Of a stretch of 64,000 nt of DNA, positions 28,478 to 36,773 are shown in pieces. This DNA is from Chitinophagaceae bacterium (lineage in GTDB: Bacteria > Bacteroidota > Bacteroidia > Chitinophagales > Chitinophagaceae): positions 3,385 to 67,384 of the forward strand of contig JAHEZD010000031.1 in NCBI GenBank assembly GCA_023251255.1. Direction: 5' to 3'. The stretch's first letter is position 1, and each line of letters starts with the position of its first letter. The notes under the pieces were generated by a model. The model was not told where the DNA came from. It saw nothing but the letters and a program-made list of their open reading frames with translations, and did no database searches. A program made the translations under genes and the position numbers.

Positions 28478-28804
28478 ATGAAGAAGTTTGCTGCAATCAA
28501 TTATATCCATTGTGCCCCAGAATATCAGGAAAGGTTTGAATTTTTATTTGGCACGCGTGCGAAAGCTATTGACACAATGCCAGGATTTATAGATATGCAC
28601 GTATTGAAACCTACAAAAGAAGGGGATCCCTATTTAATTGTTAGTTACTGGGAGAGTGAGGCAACATTCAAGGAGTGGACAAAAAGCGAGGCTTTTCTCA
28701 AAGGGCATGCACGTGGTTTTGAAGATGTAGCAAAAGCTAGGGAAGAAGGAAAGCCAGCACCTATGAGCAGTGTATTTAAGACCTATAAAATCATTGCTAA
28801 CTAG
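28478..28804 (+). CDS. antibiotic-biosynthesis-monooxygenase (ABM/IsdG-like) domain protein
   Basis: 108 aa. ..F.ERFE.LF..R...ID..PGFIDMHVLKP.......YLIVSYWESEATFKEWTKSEAF.KGH is an ABM-fold signature. Confidence 0.7.
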   Translation: MKKFAAINYIHCAPEYQERFEFLFGTRAKAIDTMPGFIDMHVLKPTKEGDPYLIVSYWESEATFKEWTKSEAFLKGHARGFEDVAKAREEGKPAPMSSVFKTYKIIAN

Positions 28805-28900
28805 TGGGAAACGTGCAGAACTTTTATTTTAGTAAAACCGCAATCAACGTAGCCGTTGGAGGGTAATTTCCCTTGTATTGCTTCTTGATTTGTTAAATAG

Positions 28901-29323
28901 CTATACCAATTTCTTATTCGTTCTGAAACAGGTACCCTTGAACAAGGCAACAATATGTGCATGCTGATTGGTGATGGTGATATGGTACAGCCCTGTACTT
29001 CTTCCATTGTGCAGTTCTTTTGCTTCGGCAATCAATACATCCCCTACATGGACAGGTTTGGTAAAATTGATGCTGGTATCCAACGCTACAGATAAAACAT
29101 TCCGATTGTTGCAGGCAAAAGCAAATGCACTATCAGCAAGGCTGAAACAGATGCCACCATGTACAATACCAAGTCCGTTCATCATTTCTGGTCGCACGGT
29201 CATTTGGATTTTGCTATAACCCTCTGTGATATCGATCAAAGAAATACCCAACCATTGGGAGAACAGGTCGTTACTCATTACTTTATCAACTACCTGTTTT
29301 GCTAGTTCGTCTTTTGTATTCAT
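28901..29323 (-). CDS. paaI: hydroxyphenylacetyl-CoA thioesterase PaaI (hotdog fold)
   Basis: ..N..G..HGG..FSLADSAFAFA.N...... and ..G.S.G.Y are hotdog-fold PaaI-type motifs. I prefer the ATG at 29323. Confidence 0.8.
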   Translation of the reverse strand: MNTKDELAKQVVDKVMSNDLFSQWLGISLIDITEGYSKIQMTVRPEMMNGLGIVHGGICFSLADSAFAFACNNRNVLSVALDTSINFTKPVHVGDVLIAEAKELHNGRSTGLYHITITNQHAHIVALFKGTCFRTNKKLV

Positions 29324-29405
29324 GCCTACTATGTTTATGTGCTTAACTATTATACGTTTTTTTGGCAACTTTTATGATGTAATAGGGAGAATAGAGTGAA
29401 ACACT

Positions 29406-30182
29406 CTATTCTCCTGTGAAGTTGGGCAACCGCTTTTCCAAAAAAGCATCCACACCTTCCTTGAAGTCTTTTGTTGAAGCAGCTTTCTGCTGGTATTCAT
29501 CTTCCAATATCAATTGCTCTTCCATATTGTTCTTTACGGAATAGTTCAGTGCATGTTTAATATAGGCCAATGCTTTGGTTGGCATATTGGCAAGGGTGAC
29601 CGCAAGTTTCCAGCTTTCTTCCTTGAACTGCTCCTCGGCGAAAACTTTGTACAACATACCCATTTGCAAAGCACCTGCTGCACTTACTTTATCACCCAAC
29701 ATCATTAATGCACTTGCTTTTTGAAAGCCAATTAATCTTGGTAAAGTAAACGTTCCCCCACTATCGGGAATCAACCCTATTTTACTGAATGCTTGCAAGA
29801 AACTTGCATTTTCATGTGCCACAACCACATCACAAGCAAGTGCCAAGTTTGCACCTGCACCTGCTGCTACTCCATTCACTGCACAAACTATTGGCTTGGG
29901 TAAATTTCTCAATCTTGTAATAATGGGATTGTAGTGCTCACTTAAAATTTTGCCCATGCCAGGTCCGTTCGGATCAACCACTTCTGCCAAGTCTTGACCA
30001 GCACAAAACCCTTTACCAGCACCGGTTATATATATGCAACGAACTTCGTGCAAAGAAGCTGCTTCATCCAATTTGTTCTGTAGTAGTAAAGCCATTTCCC
30101 GGTTGAAGGAGTTGAGCTTATCTGGTCGGTTGAGCGTAATGACAGCTACCTTATCCTTTATTTCAAACAATATAGATGACAT
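29406..30182 (-). CDS. paaG: 2-(1,2-epoxy-1,2-dihydrophenyl)acetyl-CoA isomerase PaaG (crotonase family)
   Basis: Collinear with E. coli PaaG as I recall it: LNRPDKLNSFN, TGAGKGFCAGQDL, YNP..TRLRNLPKP.VCAVNGVAAGAGANLAL, SKIGLIPD.GGT..LPR and EGV.AFLEKR.P.FTG. Confidence 0.85.
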   Translation of the reverse strand: MSSILFEIKDKVAVITLNRPDKLNSFNREMALLLQNKLDEAASLHEVRCIYITGAGKGFCAGQDLAEVVDPNGPGMGKILSEHYNPIITRLRNLPKPIVCAVNGVAAGAGANLALACDVVVAHENASFLQAFSKIGLIPDSGGTFTLPRLIGFQKASALMMLGDKVSAAGALQMGMLYKVFAEEQFKEESWKLAVTLANMPTKALAYIKHALNYSVKNNMEEQLILEDEYQQKAASTKDFKEGVDAFLEKRLPNFTGE

Positions 30183-30250
30183 AGAAACTGGTTTATAGTG
30201 TATGATTTTCCAACAAATCTAAAATCATGAACCCGGAATTAATAATCTGT

Positions 30251-30739
30251 TTAGTGGCATTTAAAATAATCAAAGGGCTCTTTGCAATCCTGGCATTGGT
30301 ACAACGCTTTGCAGGCTGTACTCCCAAACTCGCTTAACAATTTTGTGTGGAAGCTATGGCATTGTGGGCATTCGATTCCATCTTCTGCAATCGTTCCTGC
30401 ATTTCCCTTTGGGGGGGCAATGCCATATTCTTTCAACTTTCGCTTCCCCTCTTCGCTCATCCAATCTGTTGTCCAAGCAGGCGAAAGAATAGAGGTGATT
30501 TTTACATGCGTGTAGCCATGTTCAACCATTGCCAATTTGATGTTCATACTAATCATATCCATTGCTGGGCAACCAGTATATGTTGGTGTGATGATAACTT
30601 CGATGCCAGCATCCTCCATTATTTTTATATCCCTCACAATGCCCAGATCCATAATGGTGAGTACAGGCACTTCTGGGTCTGTAACGGTTGCTAAAATTTG
30701 CCAGACTGTCTGGATGGATATGTTGGTTGAAGCTACCAT
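30251..30739 (-). CDS. paaD: 1,2-phenylacetyl-CoA epoxidase subunit PaaD
   Basis: VTDPEVPVLTI.DLGIVR, ITPTYTGCPAM and a C-terminal CPQC....L.SEFGST.CKALY.C..C.EPF.YFK. Confidence 0.85.
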   Translation of the reverse strand: MVASTNISIQTVWQILATVTDPEVPVLTIMDLGIVRDIKIMEDAGIEVIITPTYTGCPAMDMISMNIKLAMVEHGYTHVKITSILSPAWTTDWMSEEGKRKLKEYGIAPPKGNAGTIAEDGIECPQCHSFHTKLLSEFGSTACKALYQCQDCKEPFDYFKCH

Positions 30740-31485
30740 GCTGCTCCTGGATAGGTTCTTTGTAGGTGCTGCATCTCAGCTAGGATAAACCCTAGGTGTT
30801 CGGTATGGATGCCTGTTTTACCACCAGTTTGAGTGAATGTTTTTTCAGGATAAGGTAAAGTGGCCTCTTCAAAAACAGCTTTTATTTTTTCTTCCCATTG
30901 CTGCCTGATCAAATTTATATCAAGACCAATTTCTTTTTCGTAATCCGCAGGAACAAAAAACTCACCAGTATAACTTTTCAGTTCATCAATGGCATGTAAC
31001 ATCCGCTGGTGGCTTTCATCTGTGCCATCTCCTAAACGGACTACCCATTCACTGCTCCAACGAACATGGTAAGTCACTTCTTTTAATGCCTTTGCTGCAA
31101 TAGCGGCTAACTGCCCATCATTGCTATTCTGCATTTGCTGAAATAAATAGAATTGATAGGTGGAGAAGAAAAACTGCCGGAGGATGGTCTGCCCCCAATC
31201 TCCATTTGGAAGTTCGGTTATCAATAAATTTTTGAATTCCCTTTCTGTTCTCAGATAGGCAAGGGAATCTTCTGTAGCGTCATTGCCAATTAATGATGCA
31301 GCATACCGATAAAAATTCCTTGATTGCCCAATCAGGTCCAATGAAATATTGGTGATAGCAATATCCTGTTCCAGTATTGGGCCATGACCGCACCATTCAC
31401 TATTTCTTTGGGAAAGAATGAGCGTAGAATCCGCAAGATGCAGTATATAAGGAATTGGGTATTTGGAATTGGGATTTGGGAGCAT
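30733..31485 (-). CDS. paaC: 1,2-phenylacetyl-CoA epoxidase subunit PaaC
   Basis: YILHLADSTLILSQRNSEWCGHGPILEQDIAITNISLDLIGQSRNFYRYAA aligns with the E. coli PaaC N-terminus. The first about 12 codons lie in the cassette repeat, so the start is uncertain. Confidence 0.85.
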   Translation of the reverse strand: MLPNPNSKYPIPYILHLADSTLILSQRNSEWCGHGPILEQDIAITNISLDLIGQSRNFYRYAASLIGNDATEDSLAYLRTEREFKNLLITELPNGDWGQTILRQFFFSTYQFYLFQQMQNSNDGQLAAIAAKALKEVTYHVRWSSEWVVRLGDGTDESHQRMLHAIDELKSYTGEFFVPADYEKEIGLDINLIRQQWEEKIKAVFEEATLPYPEKTFTQTGGKTGIHTEHLGFILAEMQHLQRTYPGAAW

Positions 31486-31876
31486 TATTCAGGTTTGATG
31501 ATTGTTTCCTCGATTTATCTAGATATGCGGTATACCCATTAATCAATTTAAAAATTAGTTCGCATTTTTCTTCATGTGTTTTTAGCGCTTCTTCTGAAAT
31601 ATATGTTTCATCAAAGGCCGTCTGCAAATGTTCCATTGTTTCAGTAACCGAACCTCTTGCCATAATGAAGAAATTCCTTGTATCACTAAAGGTATAGCGT
31701 CCATAGCCTTCAGCAATATTTGCAGTTATTGACCTAGAAGAACGGATTGCTTGGCTTGTTAGTTGGAATTTTTCCTGATTTGGAAATGCTTTGACCAGCT
31801 CAGCAATCATCATTCTTAATTGCCTAGCTTGAATATAAGATTCCAGTTCTTTGTAACCCTTATAGTTCATAAGCAC
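31400..31876 (-). CDS. four-helix-bundle protein (23S rRNA intervening-sequence protein / Avd-like family)
   Basis: ..LVKAFPNQEKFQLTSQAIRSSRSITANIAEGYGRYTFSDTRNFFIMARGSVTETMEHL..A is typical of TIGR02436/PF05635. The ORF has no stop until 31400 and so runs 86 nt into paaC; the functional part is probably about 120 aa. Confidence 0.75.
   Translation of the reverse strand: MLMNYKGYKELESYIQARQLRMMIAELVKAFPNQEKFQLTSQAIRSSRSITANIAEGYGRYTFSDTRNFFIMARGSVTETMEHLQTAFDETYISEEALKTHEEKCELIFKLINGYTAYLDKSRKQSSNLNNAPKSQFQIPNSLYTASCGFYAHSFPKK
31451..31472. repeat. left inverted repeat of the four-helix-bundle cassette
   Basis: GGAATTGGGTATTTGGAATTGG, part of a 32-nt C-free tract (31451-31482). Confidence 0.75.
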
Positions 31877-31883
31877 TATTTTA

Positions 31884-31905
31884 CCAATTCCAAATCCCTA
31901 ATTCC
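31884..31905. repeat. right inverted repeat of the four-helix-bundle cassette
   Basis: CCAATTCCAAATCCCTAATTCC. Its complement GGAATTAGGGATTTGGAATTGG matches the left repeat at 20/22 positions. It lies in a G-free tract (about 31881-31916). Confidence 0.75.
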
Positions 31906-31910
31906 ATCCT

Positions 31911-32267
31911 CTACATATGCCCTACTTCATCTGGCAAATCATAAAACGTAGGATGCCTATACACCTTGTCCATGGCTGGTTCATAAAGTTCACCTGCTTC
32001 ATCTGGATTACTGGCAGTGATATGCTTGCTTTCAACTACCCAAATACTTACGCCTTCCATTCTTCTTGTATACACATCCCTTGCATTTTCAATGGCCATT
32101 TGTGCATCCGCTGCATGAAGGCTACCTGCATGTTTATGGTCAAGGCCCTGCTTGCTACGGATGAATATCTCCCATAAAGGCCACTGGTGCTGCGGAGATG
32201 CTGATGAACCTCCACCTTCAATTTCCCCATAATCCCCGTACAGATATTTTATGATGTATGCTTTCAT
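31911..32267 (-). CDS. paaB: 1,2-phenylacetyl-CoA epoxidase subunit PaaB
   Basis: WPLWEIFIRSKQGLDHKHAGSLHAADAQMAIENARDVYTRR.EGVSIWVV....I.AS.P......YEPA.DKVYRHPTFYD.P is near-identical in pattern to E. coli PaaB, with an N-terminal extension of about 25 aa. Confidence 0.9.
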   Translation of the reverse strand: MKAYIIKYLYGDYGEIEGGGSSASPQHQWPLWEIFIRSKQGLDHKHAGSLHAADAQMAIENARDVYTRRMEGVSIWVVESKHITASNPDEAGELYEPAMDKVYRHPTFYDLPDEVGHM

Positions 32268-32986
32268 TTTTTGGCAATATTTTTTTTGATTTCCTCAATA
32301 TAATAATTACGAATTTTTTTAGCTGTTGGCTGGTCCTGTATTTGGTACTTATACATTCTTTCAGGATGCCATTGTACGGCCAGTAAGAAAGGCTTGTTTG
32401 TTTTATCAATCCATTCAATGCCTTCAATAGTGCCATCATCTGAAATGCAATTGGCCATCAATCCTTGCCCCAATACGTCAATTGCTTGGTGATGGGCGCT
32501 GTTCACAACGGCCCTGTCCATATCTGTAATGCTTTTCAGTAAAGTATGGTCAATAATACCTGCTCCATGGACCTTGTCATGGCTTTTGTTTTCAGCCCAA
32601 TGGATTTTGTTTAGGTCATTGCCCAAATCTTGCTTTAAAGTGCCATTGGCAATAACGTTGATCAACTGCATTCCCCTGCAAACACCAAGAATGGGAAGCC
32701 TGAGTTGTGTTGACATAGCATAGGCCCTTATCTCAAAATCATCCCTATCTTTTTTGAAGAGAACCGGCGCATTATCGTAATCCAACTTTTCATTGTTGTA
32801 ATAAGTTGGATAGATATCCACCCCGCCAGTTAATACAAAAGCATCACAACTATTCAGTAGGTCAAGATTGTTTTCTTTGAATGAAAGTGTAACAAACTCA
32901 ATGTTTCCATCCTCTGCCTGCAACCAGTTACAATAGTTGAGGTGCTTTTCTTCTGTGCTTGTATACGTTATTGCAATCTTCATCAA
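32264..32986 (-). CDS. class I glutamine amidotransferase-like hydrolase (peptidase C26 / PuuD-like)
   Basis: [15 protein letters not shown] (nucleophile Cys), ..NS.HHQAI and LAVQWHPE (His/Glu). It overlaps the paaA stop by 4 nt and the paaB start by 4 nt. Confidence 0.8.
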   Translation of the reverse strand: MMKIAITYTSTEEKHLNYCNWLQAEDGNIEFVTLSFKENNLDLLNSCDAFVLTGGVDIYPTYYNNEKLDYDNAPVLFKKDRDDFEIRAYAMSTQLRLPILGVCRGMQLINVIANGTLKQDLGNDLNKIHWAENKSHDKVHGAGIIDHTLLKSITDMDRAVVNSAHHQAIDVLGQGLMANCISDDGTIEGIEWIDKTNKPFLLAVQWHPERMYKYQIQDQPTAKKIRNYYIEEIKKNIAKK

Positions 32987-33930
32987 GCCACTTTTTGTAA
33001 TTGTTTATTTTTCTTTTTTTCTGCATGCGCCATTGCTGCTTCCCTCACCCAAGCACCCTCTGTGTGTGCCTTGTTCCTTGCATCCAAACGTTGCTTGTTA
33101 CATGGGCCATTGCCTTTTACCACCGCCCAGAATTCATCCCAGTTGATTTCACCGAAATCATAGTGCCTGCGTTGTTCGTTCCATTTTAAATCCTTGTCGG
33201 GCAGTGTCATGCCCAACACTTTTACCTGCTCCACACACATATCAACAAACTGTTGCCGCAGTTCATCATTGGTTTTGCGTTTGATTTTCCACTTCATGCT
33301 CTGGTCGCTGTTGGTGCTTTCGCTGTCCTTCGGACCAAACATCATTAAACTGGGCCACCACCAACGGTTGATGGCGTCCTGGCACATGGCTTTTTGCTCG
33401 GGCGTTCCTTGGCTCAATACCAGCAATACTTCAAAGCCTTGACGTTGATGGAAACTTTCTTCCTTGCAGATTCTTACCATTGCCCTTGCATAAGGTCCAT
33501 AGGAAGTTCTACATAGCATCACTTGGTTCAGGATAGCAGCTCCGTCTACCAACCAGCCAACTGCACCCATATCAGCCCAAGTAAGTGTTGGGTAGTTGAA
33601 GATGGAAGAATATTTGGCCTTGCCAGTCAACAATTGTTCTACCATTTCATCCCTGCTCATGCCAAGTGTTTCTGCTGCCGAATAAAGGTAGAGACCATGG
33701 CCAGCTTCGTCCTGCACCTTAGCAAGAAGAATGGCTTTACGTTTTAATGATGGTGCTCTGCTAATCCAATTGCCTTCTGGCAACATGCCCACTACTTCAC
33801 TATGTGCATGTTGGCTTATTTGCCTGATGTTGGTTTTCCTGTATGCATCAGGCATCCAATCCTTTGGCTCAATTTTTATTTCAGCGTCAATCCTGTCCTG
33901 AAATAATTTCTCAAAATCCTGCACTTCCAT
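32983..33930 (-). CDS. paaA: 1,2-phenylacetyl-CoA epoxidase catalytic subunit PaaA
   Basis: Di-iron ferritin-like: ..[12 protein letters not shown]......[25 protein letters not shown] and ..[12 protein letters not shown]. Confidence 0.9.
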   Translation of the reverse strand: MEVQDFEKLFQDRIDAEIKIEPKDWMPDAYRKTNIRQISQHAHSEVVGMLPEGNWISRAPSLKRKAILLAKVQDEAGHGLYLYSAAETLGMSRDEMVEQLLTGKAKYSSIFNYPTLTWADMGAVGWLVDGAAILNQVMLCRTSYGPYARAMVRICKEESFHQRQGFEVLLVLSQGTPEQKAMCQDAINRWWWPSLMMFGPKDSESTNSDQSMKWKIKRKTNDELRQQFVDMCVEQVKVLGMTLPDKDLKWNEQRRHYDFGEINWDEFWAVVKGNGPCNKQRLDARNKAHTEGAWVREAAMAHAEKKKNKQLQKVA

Positions 33931-33975
33931 GGTTGCTTGTTTAGGTTCCCAAAAATACAGGAATTAACAACAGGG

Positions 33976-33989
33976 CTAACATTCGTTAG
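33976..33989. promoter_or_regulatory. candidate PaaR (TetR) operator upstream of paaA
   Basis: CTAACATTCGTTAG, a CTAAC-N4-GTTAG dyad 46 nt upstream of the paaA ATG. It has the same dyad arms as the site at 36110-36123. Confidence 0.45.
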
Positions 33990-34349
33990 TTTGAAATTCT
34001 GTTCAGGACCACATTTTTGTAGTTTGTGTGACCTTTTTCAAGTATTGGTCATGAAAACATTCAAACTACAAATGCAGCACACCGGCTTAGTGGTATGGAC
34101 ATTGATTCTCGTGCCGCTTGCAGGAGTAGCTTTATTGTTTTTGCTCAACCACCATGTGTGCCATTGTCAGATTGAATAATCCTTACTGGCAGTTTTGTTT
34201 TTATAGCGTTGATGGTTGCTGCCACTTTATGGATCATCACATATAAAGTGGTCATGCCTTGTGCAGTGACCTATTGCATCTATATTTTTATACTATTTGG
34301 CATCTGTAAGCTGGTGGCGTATCATAGCTTTTTGCTTCTAAATAGTAGA

Positions 34350-35423
34350 CTACTTCACATCAAAATCAACCACTACTTTTTCTGTTTTGGGATGGCTTTG
34401 ACAGGTAAGTATAAAACCTTGCTCAATTTCTTCGTGTTCAAGGCCCCAGCAAACATCCATATCCACCTCACCTTCTATCAGTTTTGCCTTGCAGGTGCAG
34501 CAAACCCCACCCTTGCAAGCATAAGGTAAATCGGCACCTTGTTGCAAGGCAGCATCAAGAATATTATTGCCATTAAAAGGTAGATCGAAATCGAAACTCC
34601 TGCCATCCAGTTTTACAGTAATGCTGCTCTTGGGAGAAGTGGAAGCGGGTTGCTGATTAGTAACTTTTGGCTGTTTGGTCTTTGTAGTGTTGAACAGTTC
34701 AAAATGGATTTTCTTCTTGTCAATCTGCCTGCTTTCCAAAAAATCCTTTACCGTAAAAATCATTTCTTCGGGGCCACAAATAAAAAACTCATCTGCACGT
34801 ATATCAATGACCTTATCAAAAAGCAATGAGCACTTTGCTGAATCAATCCTCCCAAAATTAATTTCAGCATCTGTTCTCTCCCTGCTTAAAACATGGATAA
34901 GCTGGAAACGGTGCAGGAACTTGTTTTTCAAGGCTTCCAGCTCTTCTTTAAAAATAATGGAGTTCTTGCTCTTGTTCCCATACACCAATGTAAAACTACT
35001 TTCCGGTTCGGTAAGCAATGTTGTTTTGATAATGGATAATAATGGTGTTATACCGCTTCCTGCTGCAAAGGCTACATAATTTTTTTTGTTGCTGTGATTG
35101 AGCTCCGTGTTGAATTTACCAATGGGGGGCATCAGTTCAAGTGTATCACCAGCTTTTAGTAAATCATTTGCGTGTACCGAAAACAGGCCGCCCTCCACTT
35201 TCTTCACGGCTACCCTAAATGTTCTATCTAATGGTGACGAACAAAGGGAATAGGTACGGCGGACCTCTTCGCCATTCAAGAAAGCCCTTAATGTTACATT
35301 TTGACCTTGTGTAAAAGCAAATTGCTGTTGCAAGTTTCCTGGAATATCAAAGAGTATGGAAACGCAATCTGCTGTTTCCTTTTTGACTTCTTTTATTGTA
35401 ATTGGATGGAAATGTAATGACAT
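34350..35423 (-). CDS. paaE: phenylacetyl-CoA epoxidase reductase subunit PaaE (FNR-like + plant-type 2Fe-2S)
   Basis: RTYS (FAD-binding RxYS), GSGITP (NAD-binding), and the C-terminal C.GG.C.TC....G.........C ferredoxin cluster. Confidence 0.85.
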   Translation of the reverse strand: MSLHFHPITIKEVKKETADCVSILFDIPGNLQQQFAFTQGQNVTLRAFLNGEEVRRTYSLCSSPLDRTFRVAVKKVEGGLFSVHANDLLKAGDTLELMPPIGKFNTELNHSNKKNYVAFAAGSGITPLLSIIKTTLLTEPESSFTLVYGNKSKNSIIFKEELEALKNKFLHRFQLIHVLSRERTDAEINFGRIDSAKCSLLFDKVIDIRADEFFICGPEEMIFTVKDFLESRQIDKKKIHFELFNTTKTKQPKVTNQQPASTSPKSSITVKLDGRSFDFDLPFNGNNILDAALQQGADLPYACKGGVCCTCKAKLIEGEVDMDVCWGLEHEEIEQGFILTCQSHPKTEKVVVDFDVK

Positions 35424-35504
35424 CGTTAGATAAATCTTCTTGTCCCTGACCTAGTCTAAGGGGGTAACATTATAAAATCGGTTTCGGCAAACTCAATCAA
35501 GTAG

Positions 35505-36095
35505 CTACTTTTTCAATCCGCCTACCAATATCGCAATCATGTTTTCTTCTAGTTCCTTGCCGTCAATTTTTTGCTTGCTGCGGTGCCAGCTTTCTATGCC
35601 ACTGATGGCGTGTAGCATAATCAAAACAGCGGTAGTGGCATCAATCTTCTTGATTTCCTTTTTTTTGATACCATCTTCAATAATTGCTGCAAAACGCTTA
35701 CGGTAACTGCGCCGTTGATTTTGGAAATTGGAGAGGTAGGGTTCAGACAAGTGTTTCCATTCCCTATCACAAACGAATACTTCTTCAAAATGGTGCACCA
35801 TTCCATCAATGTGGAAACGCAAAAGGTCCTCTACTTTTTGTAGCGAATTGCCTTCTTCTGCTTCCAATTCATCCAGCTTATGGTTGAAACGGTTGGCTAC
35901 ATTAAAGCATATTTCATGCAGCAGTTCGTTCTTGCTTTTGATATGGTTATAAAGGCTTGCAGCTTCTACGCCCACAACTTCTGCAAGCTCCCTCATACTT
36001 GCAGCTTTAAAACCTTTTTCTTTGAAGAGAATGGCAGCTTTTTCAACAATGACATCTTTGCGACTGCCATTGTTGTCGGTTTTTATTCGTCCCAT
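35505..36095 (-). CDS. TetR/AcrR family transcriptional regulator (candidate PaaR)
   Basis: HTH: ..AAILFKEKGFKAASMRELAEVVGVEAASLYNHIKSKNELL. It heads the co-oriented paa genes. I prefer the ATG at 36095 over the GTG at 36110. Confidence 0.8.
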   Translation of the reverse strand: MGRIKTDNNGSRKDVIVEKAAILFKEKGFKAASMRELAEVVGVEAASLYNHIKSKNELLHEICFNVANRFNHKLDELEAEEGNSLQKVEDLLRFHIDGMVHHFEEVFVCDREWKHLSEPYLSNFQNQRRSYRKRFAAIIEDGIKKKEIKKIDATTAVLIMLHAISGIESWHRSKQKIDGKELEENMIAILVGGLKK

Positions 36096-36109
36096 GCTGC
36101 GAAAATACA

Positions 36110-36123
36110 CTAACGGACGTTAG
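36110..36123. promoter_or_regulatory. candidate autoregulatory TetR/PaaR operator
   Basis: CTAACGGACGTTAG, a perfect 6+6 dyad (CTAACG-GA-CGTTAG) 15 nt upstream of the TetR ATG. Confidence 0.5.
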
Positions 36124-36175
36124 GTGAAAAGAAAGATTTTGTTAGCTAAAAATTTGAGATGGTTTTATGAAGAAT

Positions 36176-36736
36176 TTATAAGCCAATTGGCAGTGTTGCC
36201 TTGACATCGTCCCACATCATGATTAAATTGGCACCATTAGTCGTTTCCTCAAAATACATGGTGAGGGCTTCGATAGTGTCTGTGTTTTTCTCAACATTGA
36301 TATCTGTTCTAAGCAGATCCTTTTTAGGGTCATAAATAAAACTCCCCCAGCAATAATTGTCCTTACTAATAATCATGGTCCATTTGTTCTCCTGTGGAAT
36401 GCAGTATAAAGTATAACGCCCTTTGGCAACAGCTTTACCACCAATTTTTACATTTTTGAAGAACTCAATTTCTGTGGCTTCGTTTGCGCCGAGTCTCCAA
36501 ACCTCGTTGTATTTATTGATGCCCCCAAAAATGACACGCCCATTTTTCTGTGGTCTGCCATATATGAGCCTGGCTGTAGGAAGGTCCTTTGACTTGCCGC
36601 TCATTTTCAGGATGGGGTAATCTTTGGGCCAATAGCTCATGTCCATAGGGCTTTTGTCAAGTTCTGTTGGCTTCTGCTGTGCAAAGGAACCAACGGCAAC
36701 GCTGCAGAATAGTAAAAGAAAAAACAGCTTTTTCAT
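36176..36736 (-). CDS. DUF2911 domain secreted protein
   Basis: The ATG at 36736 gives the signal peptide MKKLFFLLLFCSVAVGSFAQ. ..ARLIYGRPQKNGR.IFG....Y.EVWRLGANEATEIEF...V.IGGK.V.KG.YTLY is typical of DUF2911. Confidence 0.7.
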   Translation of the reverse strand: MKKLFFLLLFCSVAVGSFAQQKPTELDKSPMDMSYWPKDYPILKMSGKSKDLPTARLIYGRPQKNGRVIFGGINKYNEVWRLGANEATEIEFFKNVKIGGKAVAKGRYTLYCIPQENKWTMIISKDNYCWGSFIYDPKKDLLRTDINVEKNTDTIEALTMYFEETTNGANLIMMWDDVKATLPIGL

Positions 36737-36773
36737 AGTGTGTCGTTTTTGCGAAGATATAAGGCTAGAGATT

